Source: Heterodontus francisci | Taxonomy: Eukaryota | Length of the DNA stretch: 64,000 nucleotides | NCBI RefSeq assembly: GCF_036365525.1 | Contig: NC_090380.1 | Coordinates: forward strand, 24,268,406 to 24,332,405 | Direction: 5' to 3' | Shown here: in pieces, positions 1 to 11,933 of the stretch | Position numbering within the stretch: the first letter of the stretch is position 1 | Layout of the letters: each line of letters begins with the position of its first letter | Notes under the pieces: model-generated | Database searches by the model: none | What the model saw: the letters and a program-made list of their open reading frames with translations, nothing else | What the model was told of the DNA's origin: nothing | Position numbers and translations under genes: made by a program

Positions 1-544
1 GGTACTACTGTTGCACTCCAGACAGGCATTAAGCAGTATAGGCTCACTCTTAAATGCAAGATATAAAGGACCAATTACAGGAGTGAACCCAAGAATATAT
101 CTAAAACAGACTCAAAAATCTCTAACTGGAGCATTTGTCACAGGTAAAATAGTTTAATTTGATGTTTGATTTAATCACGTATGATTGGCAATCCTATCTT
201 CAAAGGGAAAGTATCCTCAAAACTTGGTAGTGACTGCAACTGTCTGATTACTTTTGCATTCTAAACACACCAGAAAGAAAAGCTCCCAAGATTTATGCCC
301 ATGAAGGATGACACCACAATCGAAAACACTGCAGCGATACAGATCTTTGGACTGTTTGCGTTGTTGGACATGATTAGATTGCTTTAAAGAAGGATTATTA
401 GCAACACATTTTAATGGATTCTATAGGGTTTGTATAATAGTTTTTTTTCTGGATAGTATTACCTAATTCATGCATTATTGTATATTTGGTTAAAGTGTAA
501 ATTAGTGATTTTTACCCTGTAAAACTCCTGTCACAAGCACTCAA

Positions 545-1320
545 CAACTGCTTGTATTTCTATAGTGCCTTCAGCATAGTAAAATGCACCAAGAGTAAAT
601 TCACATAAAAACTGACACCAAGTCTAAGGAGGATATATCAGGTCAGGTGACTAACAGTTTGGTTAATGAGGTAGGTCTTGAGGCGGAGGAGGAGGAGGAG
701 GAGAAAGGTTTAGGTCAGAAATTCTAGAGCTTAGGGCTTAGACAGCTGAAGGTGGGCTTAGACAGCTGAAGGTATGATCACCAATGGTTGGATTCAGGAA
801 GTGGATGACGCACAAGAGACCAGAGTTGGAGGAACTGAGTTTTCTATGGGCTGTTCGGCCAGTGGAGGTTACAGAGATAGGGGAAACCAAGCTAAGAGAT
901 TTTTTTTTTTTTAAAGGATGAAAATGTTAAGGTGCTGCAGGCCGAAAGCCAACGTAATTCAGTGAGAACAGGGGTATGAGTTAGAGGAAAGGAGCAGCAG
1001 AGTTTTGGAAGATATCAAATGGAGGGTGGAAGATGGGAGGCTGGTCAGGAGAGCATTGGAATAGTCCAGTCTGAAGGTTAATAAAAAGCATGGATGAGGC
1101 TTTAGCAGAAGGTGAGTTGAAGCAGGGGTTGAGGTGAAAGTAGGCAGTTTTTACAAAGGCAAGGATGAGTTCAGAAGTTCATTTGAGAGTCAAAATATGT
1201 CAGAGGTTGCGAACACTCTGGTTCAGCCTGAAACAGTGACCAGGCAGGGGAATGAAATTAGTGGCTATAGAACGGAGTTTACGACCTGGGCCAAAGACAA
1301 TGCTTGTGTTTTTCTCAATT
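545..1320 (-). mobile_element. Decayed L2-like LINE 3' fragment
   Basis: Starts with the L2-type 3' terminus seen elsewhere in the window (caacaactgcttgtatttctatagtgcctt...) and resembles the copies at 50215-51895 and 58690-59885. Confidence 0.55.
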
Positions 1321-1906
1321 AAAGCAGTAACCCCGGATAATGCAATCTAAGCTTTAAAAGGGCAACAATATTTAACTGTGTCAATATGAACTTGTACAAA
1401 TTTTAGAATTATGGCAGTAATCCTGAGTAGGAATTAAGAATATTTTACATGTATTGAAAGGATTTGAAAAGAACGCATAATGTCCTTAAGGACCCAAGGA
1501 GTTAAACAATTCAAATGCAACTTGCAATGATCCCTACCACAAATTCCAAATGAACGGTAACTACCAACGAGATACAGTGCTATCATTGCAGAGAACATTC
1601 GTTCGTATACAATAAATCTACAATTACAGAAAGACAACAAATTTCAGACACTGCTCAGAACAAACAATAAATCTGGCCGGCAAACAAATTTGATGGCCAG
1701 ACCACCACCCCCAACACAAAGAATTGCCTCAGGTTTATGCCCCAGTTTGAAAACTTGCCGGTCTGATCAGAAAAACATCTTGGAAAAGCCCAACCTACTT
1801 CGAGTAAAAACATGTTACATTTGATGTTATTGGCAAATGCAATAGCTCACTGGACATGTGTGGAAAGCGATGTGGAACACAGGGCGATTGCATCATCAGA
1901 TAAAAG

Positions 1907-2240
1907 GGGAGGCAGTGGTGTAGTGGTATTATCACTGGACTAGTAACCCAGAAACCCAGGGTATTGATCTGGAGACGGGGGTTCGAATCCCACCACAGCA
2001 GAAGGTGGAATTTGAATTTAATTAATAAATCTGGAATTAAAAGCTAGTCTAATGATGGCCATGAAACCATTGTCGATTGTTGTAAAAACCCATCTGGTCC
2101 ACTAATGTCCTTTAGGGAAGGAAATCTGCTGCCCTTAACTGGCCTGGCCTATATGTGATTCCAGACTCACAGCAATGTGGTTGACTCTTAACTGTCCTCT
2201 GAAATGGCCAGTGACGCCCACATCCGATGAATGAATTTTT
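1907..2240 (+). mobile_element. tRNA-derived SINE
   Basis: A-box-like ggtgtagtggt and B-box ggttcgaatccc; body shared with copies at 11173, 44490 and 62172; LINE-like 3' tail gacgcccacatcc..atgaat. Confidence 0.75.
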
Positions 2241-3289
2241 AAAAATGCCTTTGACTTTACAAGCAAGAAAGTGGCCAAACTGGGCCATTAATAGGCTTTC
2301 TTTGCCATATTGGCTGAAAAGAACCTGAGGCTCATGGTATTTCAATCCTGTACACCCAGAGAACTTGTTCAAATTAAATACATTACTATAAAAATGAAAT
2401 GTTACAAATGTGAGATATAGACAGGTCAATTAACATCTGTAAAGAGAAAAGGTCATGATGTTTCCGACTAAAATGTCGATTTGTCTGTTTGCTTTACAGA
2501 TGCTGTGCATTTCCAGCATTTACTGTTTTTACTCTAGTTCAATACAAGCTTACATACATCTGTAATGCTCGATCTCCCAGGTGCTACTCATGATAAGTTG
2601 TCTTATAACACTTTATATCAATTTAGTGTGTCAGGGAAAGCATTACAGGAAGCAAGTGTGATATTTACAGGCATTCCATGCTACAGGCAAGACTTTTAAG
2701 ATATTATAGATACAGAAACCTTGTACATTTATTGACAAACTGCTCACTCTTGGAAGCTGCAAACACCTGAGATTATTGTGCTTGCATTAATTAAGCCTTT
2801 GGCTTTAACATATCAAGGATAAAGAGTTCTCTCCTGCATCTCATTTCCATAAACAGAGTGATCCCCCAGCATGGCCTTCCTGCATCATAATGACCATTAG
2901 TACCACCCAATATCACAATGACGGCTGACACCACAGCAGGGCCTGAATTGCCACCACATGATTTGGGGAGGGTTCATGTTTGTCGTTAGGGGTTGGTGTT
3001 AGGGTTAGAAACTGCTAATGCCAGCACACTGTCAACAGCAAAGTCAGTTGTCACTAGATACATCCTTGAATAAATAGGTATAAAGTAAGCATGAATGTCA
3101 CTCCTCCCCGATACACTGCTCAGTTGCTTACAGTGGCAGTGAGATAAGCATCTGTCGACTGGATCAACGTTGTCCACTGTCTGCTCTGCTGAGCAATGCA
3201 CTGGCGAGGAGGCACATCATATTAATTTGGAGTTCTGTTCTTCAGTAGGATGGTTATCATAACTTTCCTTTCTAACTCGATTAAAAGCT

Positions 3290-5290
3290 TTTAACACTCC
3301 AGGTCTTGAGCACCAAAATCAAGGCTGACACTCCAGTGCAGTACTGAAGGAATCAACGTCGAAGCACTGTCGCAGGTGCTATCTTACGTTTTTTTTTTCA
3401 TTCATGGGATGCGGGCGTCGCTGGCTGGGCCAACATTTATTGCCCATCCGTAATTGCCCTAGAGAAGGTGGTGGTGAGCTGCCTTCTTGAACTACAGTGG
3501 TTCATGTTGGGTAGGTACACCCACGGTGCTGTAGGGAAGGGAGTTCCAGGATTTTGACCCAGCCACAGCGAAGGAACGGCGATATAGTTGCAAGTCAGGA
3601 AGGTGTGTGTGGTTTAGAGGGGAACTTGCAGGTGATGTTCCCATGCATCTAGGTGGTAGAGGTCGCAGGTTTAGAAGGTGCTGTCTAAGGAGCCTTGGCA
3701 CACTGCTGCAATGCACTGCTGCCACTGCGCATCATTGGTGGAGGGAGTGAATGTTTGTAGATGGGGTGCCAATCAAGCGGGCTGCTTTGTCCTGGATGGT
3801 GTCGAGCTTCTGGAGTGTTGTTGGAGCTGCACCCACCCAGGCAAGTGGAGAGTATTCCATCACACTCCTGACTTGTGCCTTGTAGATGGTGGACAGGCTT
3901 TGGGAGTCAGGAGGTGAGTTACTCGCCTCAGGATTCCTAGCCTTTGGCCTGCTCTTGTAGCCACAGTATTTATACAGCTACTCCAGTTCAGTTTCTGATC
4001 AATGGTAACCCCTGGGATGTTGATAGTGGGGGATTCACTGATCGTAATGCCATTAAATGTCAAGGGGAGATGGTTAGATTCTCTCTTGTTGGAGATGCTC
4101 ATTGCCTGGCACTTGTGTGGTGCAAATGTTACTTTCCACTTATCAGCCCAAGCCTGGATATTGTCCAGGTCTTTCTGCATTTCTAAACGGACTGCTTCAG
4201 TATCTGAGGAGTCGCGAATGGTGCTGAACATTGTGCAATCATCAGTGAACATCCCCACTTCTGACCTTATGATTGAACGAAGGTCATTGATGAAGCAGCT
4301 GAAGATGATTGGGCCTAGGACGTTTCCCTGAGGAACTCCTGCAGTAATGTCCTGGAGCTGAGATGATTAACCTCCAATAACCACAACCGTCTTCCTTTGC
4401 TCTAGGTACAACTCCAACCAGGGGAGAGTTTTCCTGATTCCCATTGACTCCAGTTTTGCTCGGGCTCCTTGATGCCATACTCTGTCAAATGCTGCCTTGA
4501 TGTCAAGGGCAGTCACTCTCACCTCTGGTGGTCAGCTGTTTTGTCCATGTTTGAGCCAAGGCTGTAATGAGGTCAGGAGCTGAGTGGCCCTGGCGGAACC
4601 CAAACTGAGCTTCAGTCAGCAGGTTATTGCTAAGCAAGTGCCGCTTGATAGCACTGTCGATGACACCTTCCAACACTTTACTCATAATTGAAAATAGCCT
4701 GATCGGGCAGTAATTGGTTGGGTTGGACTTGTCCTGATTTTTGTCTACAGGACATACCTGGGCAATTTTCCACATTGCTGGGTAGATACCAGTGTTGTAG
4801 CTGTACTGGAACAGCTTGGCTAGGGGTGCAGCAGGTCTTCTTATTGCCGAATGTTGTCAGGGCCTTTGCAGTATCCAGTGCCTTCAAGTCATTTCTTGCC
4901 ATCACGCAGAGTGAATTGAATTGGCTGAAGACTGGCATCTGTGATGCTGGGGACTTCAGGAGGAGGCAGAGATGGATCAACAACTCGGCACTACTGGCTG
5001 TAGATTGCTGCAAATGCTTCAGCCTTATCCTTTGAGATGTTAAACCAAAGCTCCATCTGCCTGCTTGGGTGGATGTAAAAGATCCCATGACATTATTTCA
5101 AAGGAAATCAATATTTATCCCTCAAGCAACATCAAAAGAGATCATCTGGTCATTATCACATTGCTGTTTGTAGGTGTTTGCTGTGCACAAATTGGCAGCC
5201 TCATTTCCTACATTTCAAACATAATTCATTCGCTGTAAAGCACTGAGACATCCAGCGGTCGTGAAAAGTGCCATATTTATGCAAGTCTTC
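3290..5290 (+). mobile_element. SacSINE1/DeuSINE-like SINE split in two (about 3290-3385 and 5031-5290) by a LINE insertion
   Basis: 5' half (ggctgacactccagtgcagtactga...) and 3' half (gagatgttaaacc...ggatgtaaaagatcccatg...aatatttatccctcaa) are collinear with the copy at 7650-8130. Confidence 0.6.
3389..5030 (-). mobile_element. CR1/L2-group LINE, 5'-truncated, frameshifted RT
   Basis: ORF fragments with RT motifs (NYCPIRLFSIMSKVLE, QFGFRQGHS, FTDD, KVTFAPHKCQ); 3' tail and A-tract at about 3389. Confidence 0.85.
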
Positions 5291-5304
5291 CTTCCTTCTT
5301 ATTG

Positions 5305-7640
5305 GCAGGAACAATGGGCTGACTTGAAAGAGATGATTTCAGTACAATCGAGATACATTCCCACAAGGGGGAAAGATAGGGCAAGCAAGGCCAGAGTTCC
5401 CTCGATGTCATAAAAGATGGAGGGGATGATGAAGCAGAAAAAGGGCGCATATGGCAAATGTCAGGTTGATAATACAAGTGAGAACCAGTTTAAATATAGA
5501 AAGTTCAAAGGGGAAGTGAAAAGGAAATACGAGAAGAGACTGGCAGCTAACCTAACTGAATCCAAAAGTCTTGTATAGGCACATAAATAGCAAAAAGTAG
5601 TAAGAGGAGGGGTGGGGCCAATTCGGGACCAAGAAAGGAATCTACACATGGAGGCAGGGGGCACGGCTGAAGTACTAAATGAGTACTTTGCATCCGTCAT
5701 ACCTAGGAAGATGCTGCTGCCAAAGTCAGAGAAAGAGGAGGTAGTTGAGATGCTGAATGTGCTAAAAATTGATAGAGGTATTAAAAAGTTTGTCTGTACT
5801 TAAAGTTGATAGGTGACCAGGACCAACTGGGATACATCCAAGGACACTCAGGGAAGTAAGGGTGGAAACTGCAGAGGTACTGGCCAAGTCTTCCAATCCT
5901 CCTAAGATACAGGGGCGGTGGCAGAGGACTGGAGAACCGTAAATGCTACATCCTTGCGCAAAAAAAAAAAAGGATGCAAGATAAACACTAGAACTACAGA
6001 CCAGTCAGTCAGTTTAACCTCAGTGGTGGGAAAGCTTTTCAAAATGATAATCCAAGATAAAACTAATCATCACTTGGACAAGCAGCGCTTTGTGATTCTG
6101 TGAAGTGTGGATTAAGAAAGACAGCATGGACTTGTTAAAGGTAAATTGTGTTTAACTACTTGAGCTTTTTGATAAGGTAACAGAGAGGGTTGGAGGGTAA
6201 TGCAATTGATGTGGTGTCCATGGACTTCCAAAAGGGGTTTGATAGAATGCCACATAATAGGCTTGCCAGCAAAGTTGAAGCCCATGGAATAAAAGGGGCA
6301 ATAGCAGCATGGACATGAAATTGGCTGAGACACAGCTGTTTTTTTAAACTGGAGGAAGGTATATCGTGAGGTTACCCAGAGGTCAATATTTGTACCACTT
6401 TCCTTGATATATATTAATGACCTAGACTTGAACATAATTTCAAAATTTGCAAATGATACAAAACTTGGAAGCATTGTGAGTTACGAGGATAGTGATAGAC
6501 TTCAAGAGGACGTAGACAGGCTGATGGAATGGGTGGACACGTGGCAGATCAAATTTAATGCAGAGAAGCGTAAAGTGATAGATTTTGGTAGGAAGAACGA
6601 GGAGAGGCAATATAATAGAGGGTATAAGTCTAAAAGGGATGCATAAACAGTAAGACCTGACAGTACAAGTGCACAAATCATTGAAGCTGGAAGGGCAGGT
6701 TGAGAACGTGGTTAAAAAAGCATAAGGGATCCCGAACTTTATGAACAGAACATAGTACAAAAGCAAGGAAGTTATAGTGAACCTTTATAAAATATTGGTT
6801 CTGCCTCAACTGGAATATTGTATCCAATTCTGATCACCACACTTTAGGAAAGATGTGAAGGTTTTGAAAAGGATGCAGAAAAGATTTACGAGAATGGTTA
6901 CAGAGATAAGGGACTTCAGTTACATGGATAGATTTGATTAGCTGGGTTGTTCTTAATAGAGAATGTTGAGATATTTGATTGAGTTGTTCAAAATTATGAG
7001 AAGTCTAGATAGAGTAGATAGAGAGGGCAACACAGTGGCGCAGTGGTTAGCACCGCAGCTACACAGCTCCAGCGACCCGGGTTCAATTCTGGGTTCTGCC
7101 TGTGCGGAGTTTGCACGTTCTCCCTGTGACTGTGTGGGTTTCCTCCCACAGCCAAAGGCTTGCAGGTTTTTAGTTAAATTGGCCATTATAAATTGCCCCT
7201 AGTCTAGGTAGGGGAATTGAGGGTAGGAATATGGGACTAATGTAGGATTAGTATAAATGGGTGGTTGATGGTCGGCACAGACACGGTGGGCCGAAGGGCC
7301 TGTTTCAGTGCTGTATCTCTAAATAAAATAAAAACTGTTCCAATTGGTGGAAGAGTCAGAAACAGAGGACATAGATTTAAGGTGACTGGCATAAGAACCA
7401 AAGCAGACAGGAGGAAAAACTTTGTGCAGCAAGTGGTCACGATCTGGAATGCACTACCTGAGAGGATGGTGGAGGCATATACAGTCATAGCTTTCAAAAG
7501 GGAATTAGATAATCACCTGAAGGTAAAGATTTTCGGGGTTACGGGGAAAGGGCAGGGGAATGGGTCCAGCTAAATTGCTCTTGCGGAAAGCTGACAGACA
7601 GGACAGGCCAAACGGCCTTCTGTGTTGTAACCATTCTACT
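5305..7640 (+). mobile_element. Decayed CR1 LINE
   Basis: RT fragments (IYINDLD..ISKFANDTKLG, WQIKFNAEK, GHRFKV); CR1 3' end ctgtgttgtaaccattcta. Confidence 0.85.
7025..7333 (+). mobile_element. HE1-like V-SINE nested in CR1
   Basis: tRNA head gggcaacacagtggcgcagtggttagc...gggttcaattc, V-domain tgtgcggagtttgcacgttctccc, CR1-type tail gggccgaagggcctgtttc..gctgtatctctaaataaaa; interrupts the host CR1. Confidence 0.85.
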
Positions 7641-7649
7641 CTTTCCTGA

Positions 7650-8130
7650 GTTAGAAGGTTGTAGGCTTAAGTCCCACTCCAGGACTACAGCACAAAAATC
7701 TAAGCTTACACTCCCAGTGCAGTACTGAGGGAGTGCTTTAATAATAATGGGCAGTTCTGATGAAGGGTCACTGACCTAAAACATTAACTCTGCTTCTCTC
7801 CCCATAGATGCTGGCAGACCTGCTGAGTATTTCCAACATTTCTAGTTTTTATTTCTGAGGGAGTGCTACACTGTTGGAGGTCCAAGGCCCCACGTGTCCT
7901 CTCAAACAGATGTAAAAATATTCCATGCCACTATTTTGAAGAGCAGAGCAGCAGTTATCCCAAGTGTCCTGGCTAATATTTATCCCTCAACCAACACAGT
8001 ATCTGGTAATCTTATTGTTGTATATGGGAGCTTACAGTCCATAAATTGGCTGTCACATTTCCTAAATTACAACAGTCTTCCCTTTCAAACTAACTTCATC
8101 GAGGTGCCCAGAAGTCGTGAAAGGCACAAA
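7650..8130 (+). mobile_element. SacSINE1/DeuSINE-like SINE containing a mini Penelope-derived insertion
   Basis: Motifs ccagtgcagtactgagggagtgct and gatgtaaaa..ccatg..ctattttgaagagcag; collinear with 3290-5290. Confidence 0.6.
7738..7854 (+). mobile_element. Penelope-derived mini-element with hammerhead-like core
   Basis: agttctgatgaagggtcactgacctaaaacattaactctg; flanked by the 13-bp direct repeat ctgagggagtgct (7725-7737 and 7855-7867). Confidence 0.75.
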
Positions 8131-8328
8131 TCCAAGCCTTCTCCTCTCCTTTCCCCCCCACGGGAAATTTTCAGAGTTAAAAGACTGGCGCTAATCAATG
8201 GCGCGTTATACTGTATTTCATATATCATTGATCACTCCTCATTTAAAGCCATTAAAACATTACATGTTGTGGACATGTTTTAGAAACAAAGTAGCAGCAA
8301 ATAGGATCGTGCAACTTATGGAGAGCGA

Positions 8329-8419
8329 AGAAGGGTCACTGACCCGAAACGTTAACTCTGCTTCTCTTTCCACAGATGCTGCCAGACCTGCTGAGTGATT
8401 CCATCATTTCTTGTTTTTA
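8329..8419 (+). mobile_element. Penelope-derived mini-element (5'-truncated hammerhead core)
   Basis: agaagggtcactgacccgaaacgttaactctg...; flanked by the 13-bp direct repeat ttatggagagcga (8316-8328 and 8420-8432). Confidence 0.75.
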
Positions 8420-8851
8420 TTATGGAGAGCGATGCTTTTTTAACCGTCGCAACAACAAAAAGCAGGCTTGGAAGACATATTCGCTTCAACAAAATTAGTA
8501 CTGACAATAATGGGGTTACTGAGTATCCTGCTACAATGATATAGTATCAATACAAAATCGAACCAAATCCAATTGCGAGCGCCACAGTCGCACCGGGCGG
8601 GGTGGGATCCATACAATGAAGTACAGCGGCTGTTATCCACTAAAGAGCCAGAGAGAGCCTCTCAAGCCGATAAAGCGCGGCCGGCAGAACCGAGTGCAGT
8701 GAAGAGAGAGACGCGGGGTGTGTGTGTTCATCTGGCGGGCCCGGGCAGCTTCTCCGAAACCGCTTGTCGGTATTCCGGCCCGAGCCAGCACTTGCTGCGG
8801 AGGGGGGGGCAGGCCGCCGAGACCACCAGCTAGTTCCCTTTCCATCCTTAC

Positions 8852-8916
8852 CTGCCCGGAGAAGTGCTTTCCTCAGAGCCACTGGCAGCCGCTTTCTTCA
8901 GGGGCTTAGGGGGCAT
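8852..8916 (-). CDS. RB1: Retinoblastoma protein, coding exon 1 (MPPKPLKKAAASGSEESTSPG-R); later exons not found in the window
   Basis: gccATG start, N-terminus MPPK typical of RB1, phase-2 donor AG|GTAAGG as in RB1 exon 1, CpG island, RB1-type promoter motifs, and position downstream of ITM2B as in human. Confidence 0.85.
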
Positions 8917-9014
8917 GGCGCGAAGAGACAAAACGACCTTTCGGCTCGAGCCCGCTGCCTTCAAGTGTTTGAAAAGCTGCTTCGCTCCGAACCAACAGAC
9001 ACCCACCCCCCACA

Positions 9015-9056
9015 GCGCGCCAAATACATGCCGCTTCCGGCTTTGGCGTCACTTCC
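9015..9056 (-). promoter_or_regulatory. RB1 core promoter: ETS/ATF composite GGAAGTGACG (9047-9056), ETS CCGGAAGC (9033-9040), E2F TTTGGCGCGC (9015-9024)
   Basis: Motifs read directly on the minus strand, 100-140 bp upstream of the ATG, in the same order as the human RB1 GABP/ATF/E2F core. Confidence 0.8.
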
Positions 9057-9401
9057 TTAGCACCGCCATGAGCAAAACAACAGGTCAAAGAGGAAGTAAC
9101 TCGTTGCCCAGAGCGGCATCAAACAGTAAGGTTTTACATATATAGATTGCACATACTCTTGTGATAGTTGATTTTTTTTAAATGCAAGCAGTCGGTTTCC
9201 TGTTTGAATGGACATGTTTGAACGGCATCAGTTCCCTAAAGCCAAAGGAGCAGGCAGTGAAAATATTTTCCCCTCTTTGGTCTATCCCATTGGTTGCCAC
9301 ATCATCCAGTGTTTACATTTTAATTGTATCTGTCGATACTGCGAACATTGAAAACTATTGTTGAATACACCGTTGTCACTCAGCGCATCAATTTACATTA
9401 A

Positions 9402-10200
9402 TATAAAAGCAAAATACTGCGGATGCTGGAAATCTGAAATAAAAACAAGAAATGCTGGAACCACTCAGCAGGTCTGGCAGCATCTGTAGAAAGAGAAGCA
9501 GAGTGAACGTTTCGGGTCAGTGACCCTTCATTGGAACTGACAAATATTAGAAAAGTCGCAGGTTATAAGCAAGTGAGGTGGGGGTGGGGCAAGAGATAAC
9601 AAAGGAGGTCTAGATTGGGATAAAAACAAGAAATGCTGGAACCACTCAGCAGGTCTGGCAGCATCTGTGAAAAGAGCAGAGTTAACGTTTCGGGTTAGTG
9701 ACCCTTCTTCGGAACGGGCCAGGCCACATAGCTGACCAAAAGGTCACGGAGCAAAGGCAAACAATATGTTAATGGTGTGTTGAAAGACAAAGCATTAGTA
9801 CAGATTAGGTATAAATACACTGAATATCGAACAGCAGCAAGTGCAAACCTGAAAAAAAAACAGTGGGTAAGCAAACTGAACAAACTAAGATGAAATGAAA
9901 TAAATGTAAAAAAAAAGGGAAGAAAAAATAACTAAAAATGAAAGTAAAATGGGGGGGCTGTCATGCTCTGAAATTATTGAACTCAATGTTCAGTCCGGCA
10001 GGCTGTAGTGTGCCTAATCGGTAGATGAGATGCTGTTCCTCGAGCTTGCGTTGATGTTCACTGGAACACTGCAGCAATCCCAGGACACAGATGTGAGCAT
10101 GAGAGCAGGGGGGGTGTTGAAATGGCAAGCAACTGGAAGCTCAGGGTCCTGCTTGCGGACTGAGCGGAGATGTTCCACAAAGCGGTTACCCAGTCTGCTA
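9402..10200 (-). mobile_element. Penelope-like element 3' fragment (GIY-YIG C-terminus plus two terminal-repeat copies)
   Basis: ORF 10014-10220 RLGNRFVEHLRSVRKQDPELPVACHFN matches the PLE endonuclease C-terminus; terminal repeat at about 9402-9540 and 9620-9715 matches the mini-elements. Confidence 0.8.
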
Positions 10201-11172
10201 TTGTAGGTAAGGTGTTGCATTTTGTCGACTTAACTCAAAGCTCAGTCGTGACAGCGGAACTGAAGTGGTCAGAAGCATATGAATCAAAGACAGCTGGAAA
10301 ACCTCCCATGAAAAACTATTACGGACTTATTATTACAACTAATTCTGAGTGCTTATATAATCAGGAAAATCTACAGATGAAGCATTTGGAAAATAGTGGC
10401 GAAGTGACCGCATTTGCTGATTATAAAAAAAAGTTATGCGCAAAGATTTAGCAGACTCCACGTTGTTGATTTTCCCTATTCTGCTGTGACTTTGAATCTC
10501 ACCATCTGTAGGGGGATCTGTGGCATCCAGCAACAGTAAAGTAAGCAAGTTCATCAGCCAACCAGACTGAAGATTTCTCAGAGACAACAAACCAGGAAGT
10601 AAATGTCAAAAACTATAATTCACTTTTTAATTATTTTATAGAAAGCAAAATGATGATTGGGACATAGACATGAGATTAAGGTAGATGATGAAATATCATA
10701 GACTTCAAAAAAACTTAAACATTGATTTTTGAATGTAATGAGGGAATGACACACTACATTTGCAAAGTTACCTTTTCAGCGCCAGAGAGGTTAACTTAGC
10801 ACCATCCCCGAGAAAGATCCAGAGGATGTTGTTCCATTTAGATGCCAGGAACAGGTTTGTACTGGTAGATGTGTCTTGGATTAGCTCTCATGCTGTGTTT
10901 GGTGGTGCATATTTGTAGATATTTTGTCGTGCAGGTGGGAGAATGCAAAATTGGATTCATTTTTTGTGCTCAATGCTTTAGTGTAAGTGTGTGAGACGGT
11001 GTACAGATCTTCTTAGATGCAAGGATGATTAAGCTTTGTTGGTCAGATTTAAATTTATTTTTCACATTATCTTATCCAGAAAAGCTTGATTTTTTGTGTG
11101 CGTGTGTGGATAAACTGAGCCATAATGCAAACTATACACTATTGCTCGAGTAAGTTTTCATGTTATGGAATA

Positions 11173-11575
11173 ATTTTTTTTATTCTTTCATGGGATGTGG
11201 GCATCACTGGTAAGTCCAGCATATGTTTTCCATCCCTAATTGCTTTTGACAACTGAGTGACTTGCTAGGCCATTTCAGAGGACAGATAAGAGTCAACCAC
11301 ATTGCTGTGGATCCAGAGTCACATGTAAGCCAGACCAGGTAGGAATGGCAGATTTCCTTCTCTAAAAGACAATAGTGAATCAGATGGGTTTTTACAACAA
11401 TCGATGATAGCTTCATGGCACCGTAACTGAAACTAGCTTTCAATTCCAGATTTTTATTAATTGAATTTAAATTCTGTCAGCTGCCATGGTGGGATTTGAA
11501 CCACTGGCCCCAGGATATTAGCCTGGGCCTCTGCATTACTAGTTCAGTGGCATTACCACTACCCCACCATCTCCC
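11173..11575 (-). mobile_element. tRNA-derived SINE inserted in the retrocopy
   Basis: Same family as 1907-2240, in reverse orientation; absent from the source intron. Confidence 0.8.
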
Positions 11576-11933
11576 TATTCTGTAGTATATTCCATTGTTG
11601 GGCTGTAATTTGCAACTCAATCTTATTGTATACTTTTTTTAAAAAAAATTAAAACTAGGGTTGAAGCTGGATTATAATAGTATACTACAGAAGGGCATAA
11701 ACAGGCTGGTGGAATGGGAAGACTCATGGCAAATGAAATTCAATGCAGAAAAGTGAGGGGTGATGCATGTTTTTATTAGGAAGAAAAGGACAGACCATAC
11801 ATGCTAAATAGTACAATTTTAAAATGACAGACCTGGGGATGATTATGCACAAATATTTGAAGGTGGCAGGATAGGTTATCGAAACATATGGGATCCTCAG
11901 CTTTAGAAACAGAGGCGTAGCATACAAAGCAGG

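Larger units (their letters stand above)
8570..9120. promoter_or_regulatory. CpG island over RB1 promoter and exon 1
   Basis: GC- and CpG-rich stretch in otherwise CpG-depleted DNA, surrounding RB1 exon 1. Confidence 0.8.

Noticed and set aside
1907-2000. tRNA gene
   Set aside because: The A/B boxes belong to a SINE head; there is no cloverleaf, and a SINE body follows.
2986-3008. Telomere-like TTAGGG units
   Set aside because: Only two or three degenerate units; not enough to call an interstitial telomeric repeat.
1-8800. RB1 exon 2
   Set aside because: I could not find a minus-strand segment resembling it; it probably lies left of the window.
8573-9145. Several overlapping 60-112 aa ORFs
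   Set aside because: Expected in a GC-rich CpG island; only the 65-nt RB1 exon has recognisable similarity and a matching splice phase.
10804-11690. ITM2B-like segment as a functional paralogue exon or a segmental duplication
   Set aside because: It has frameshifts, a stop and a deletion in the TM region, and lacks the intron 1 acceptor; the exon1/exon2 junction indicates an RNA intermediate.
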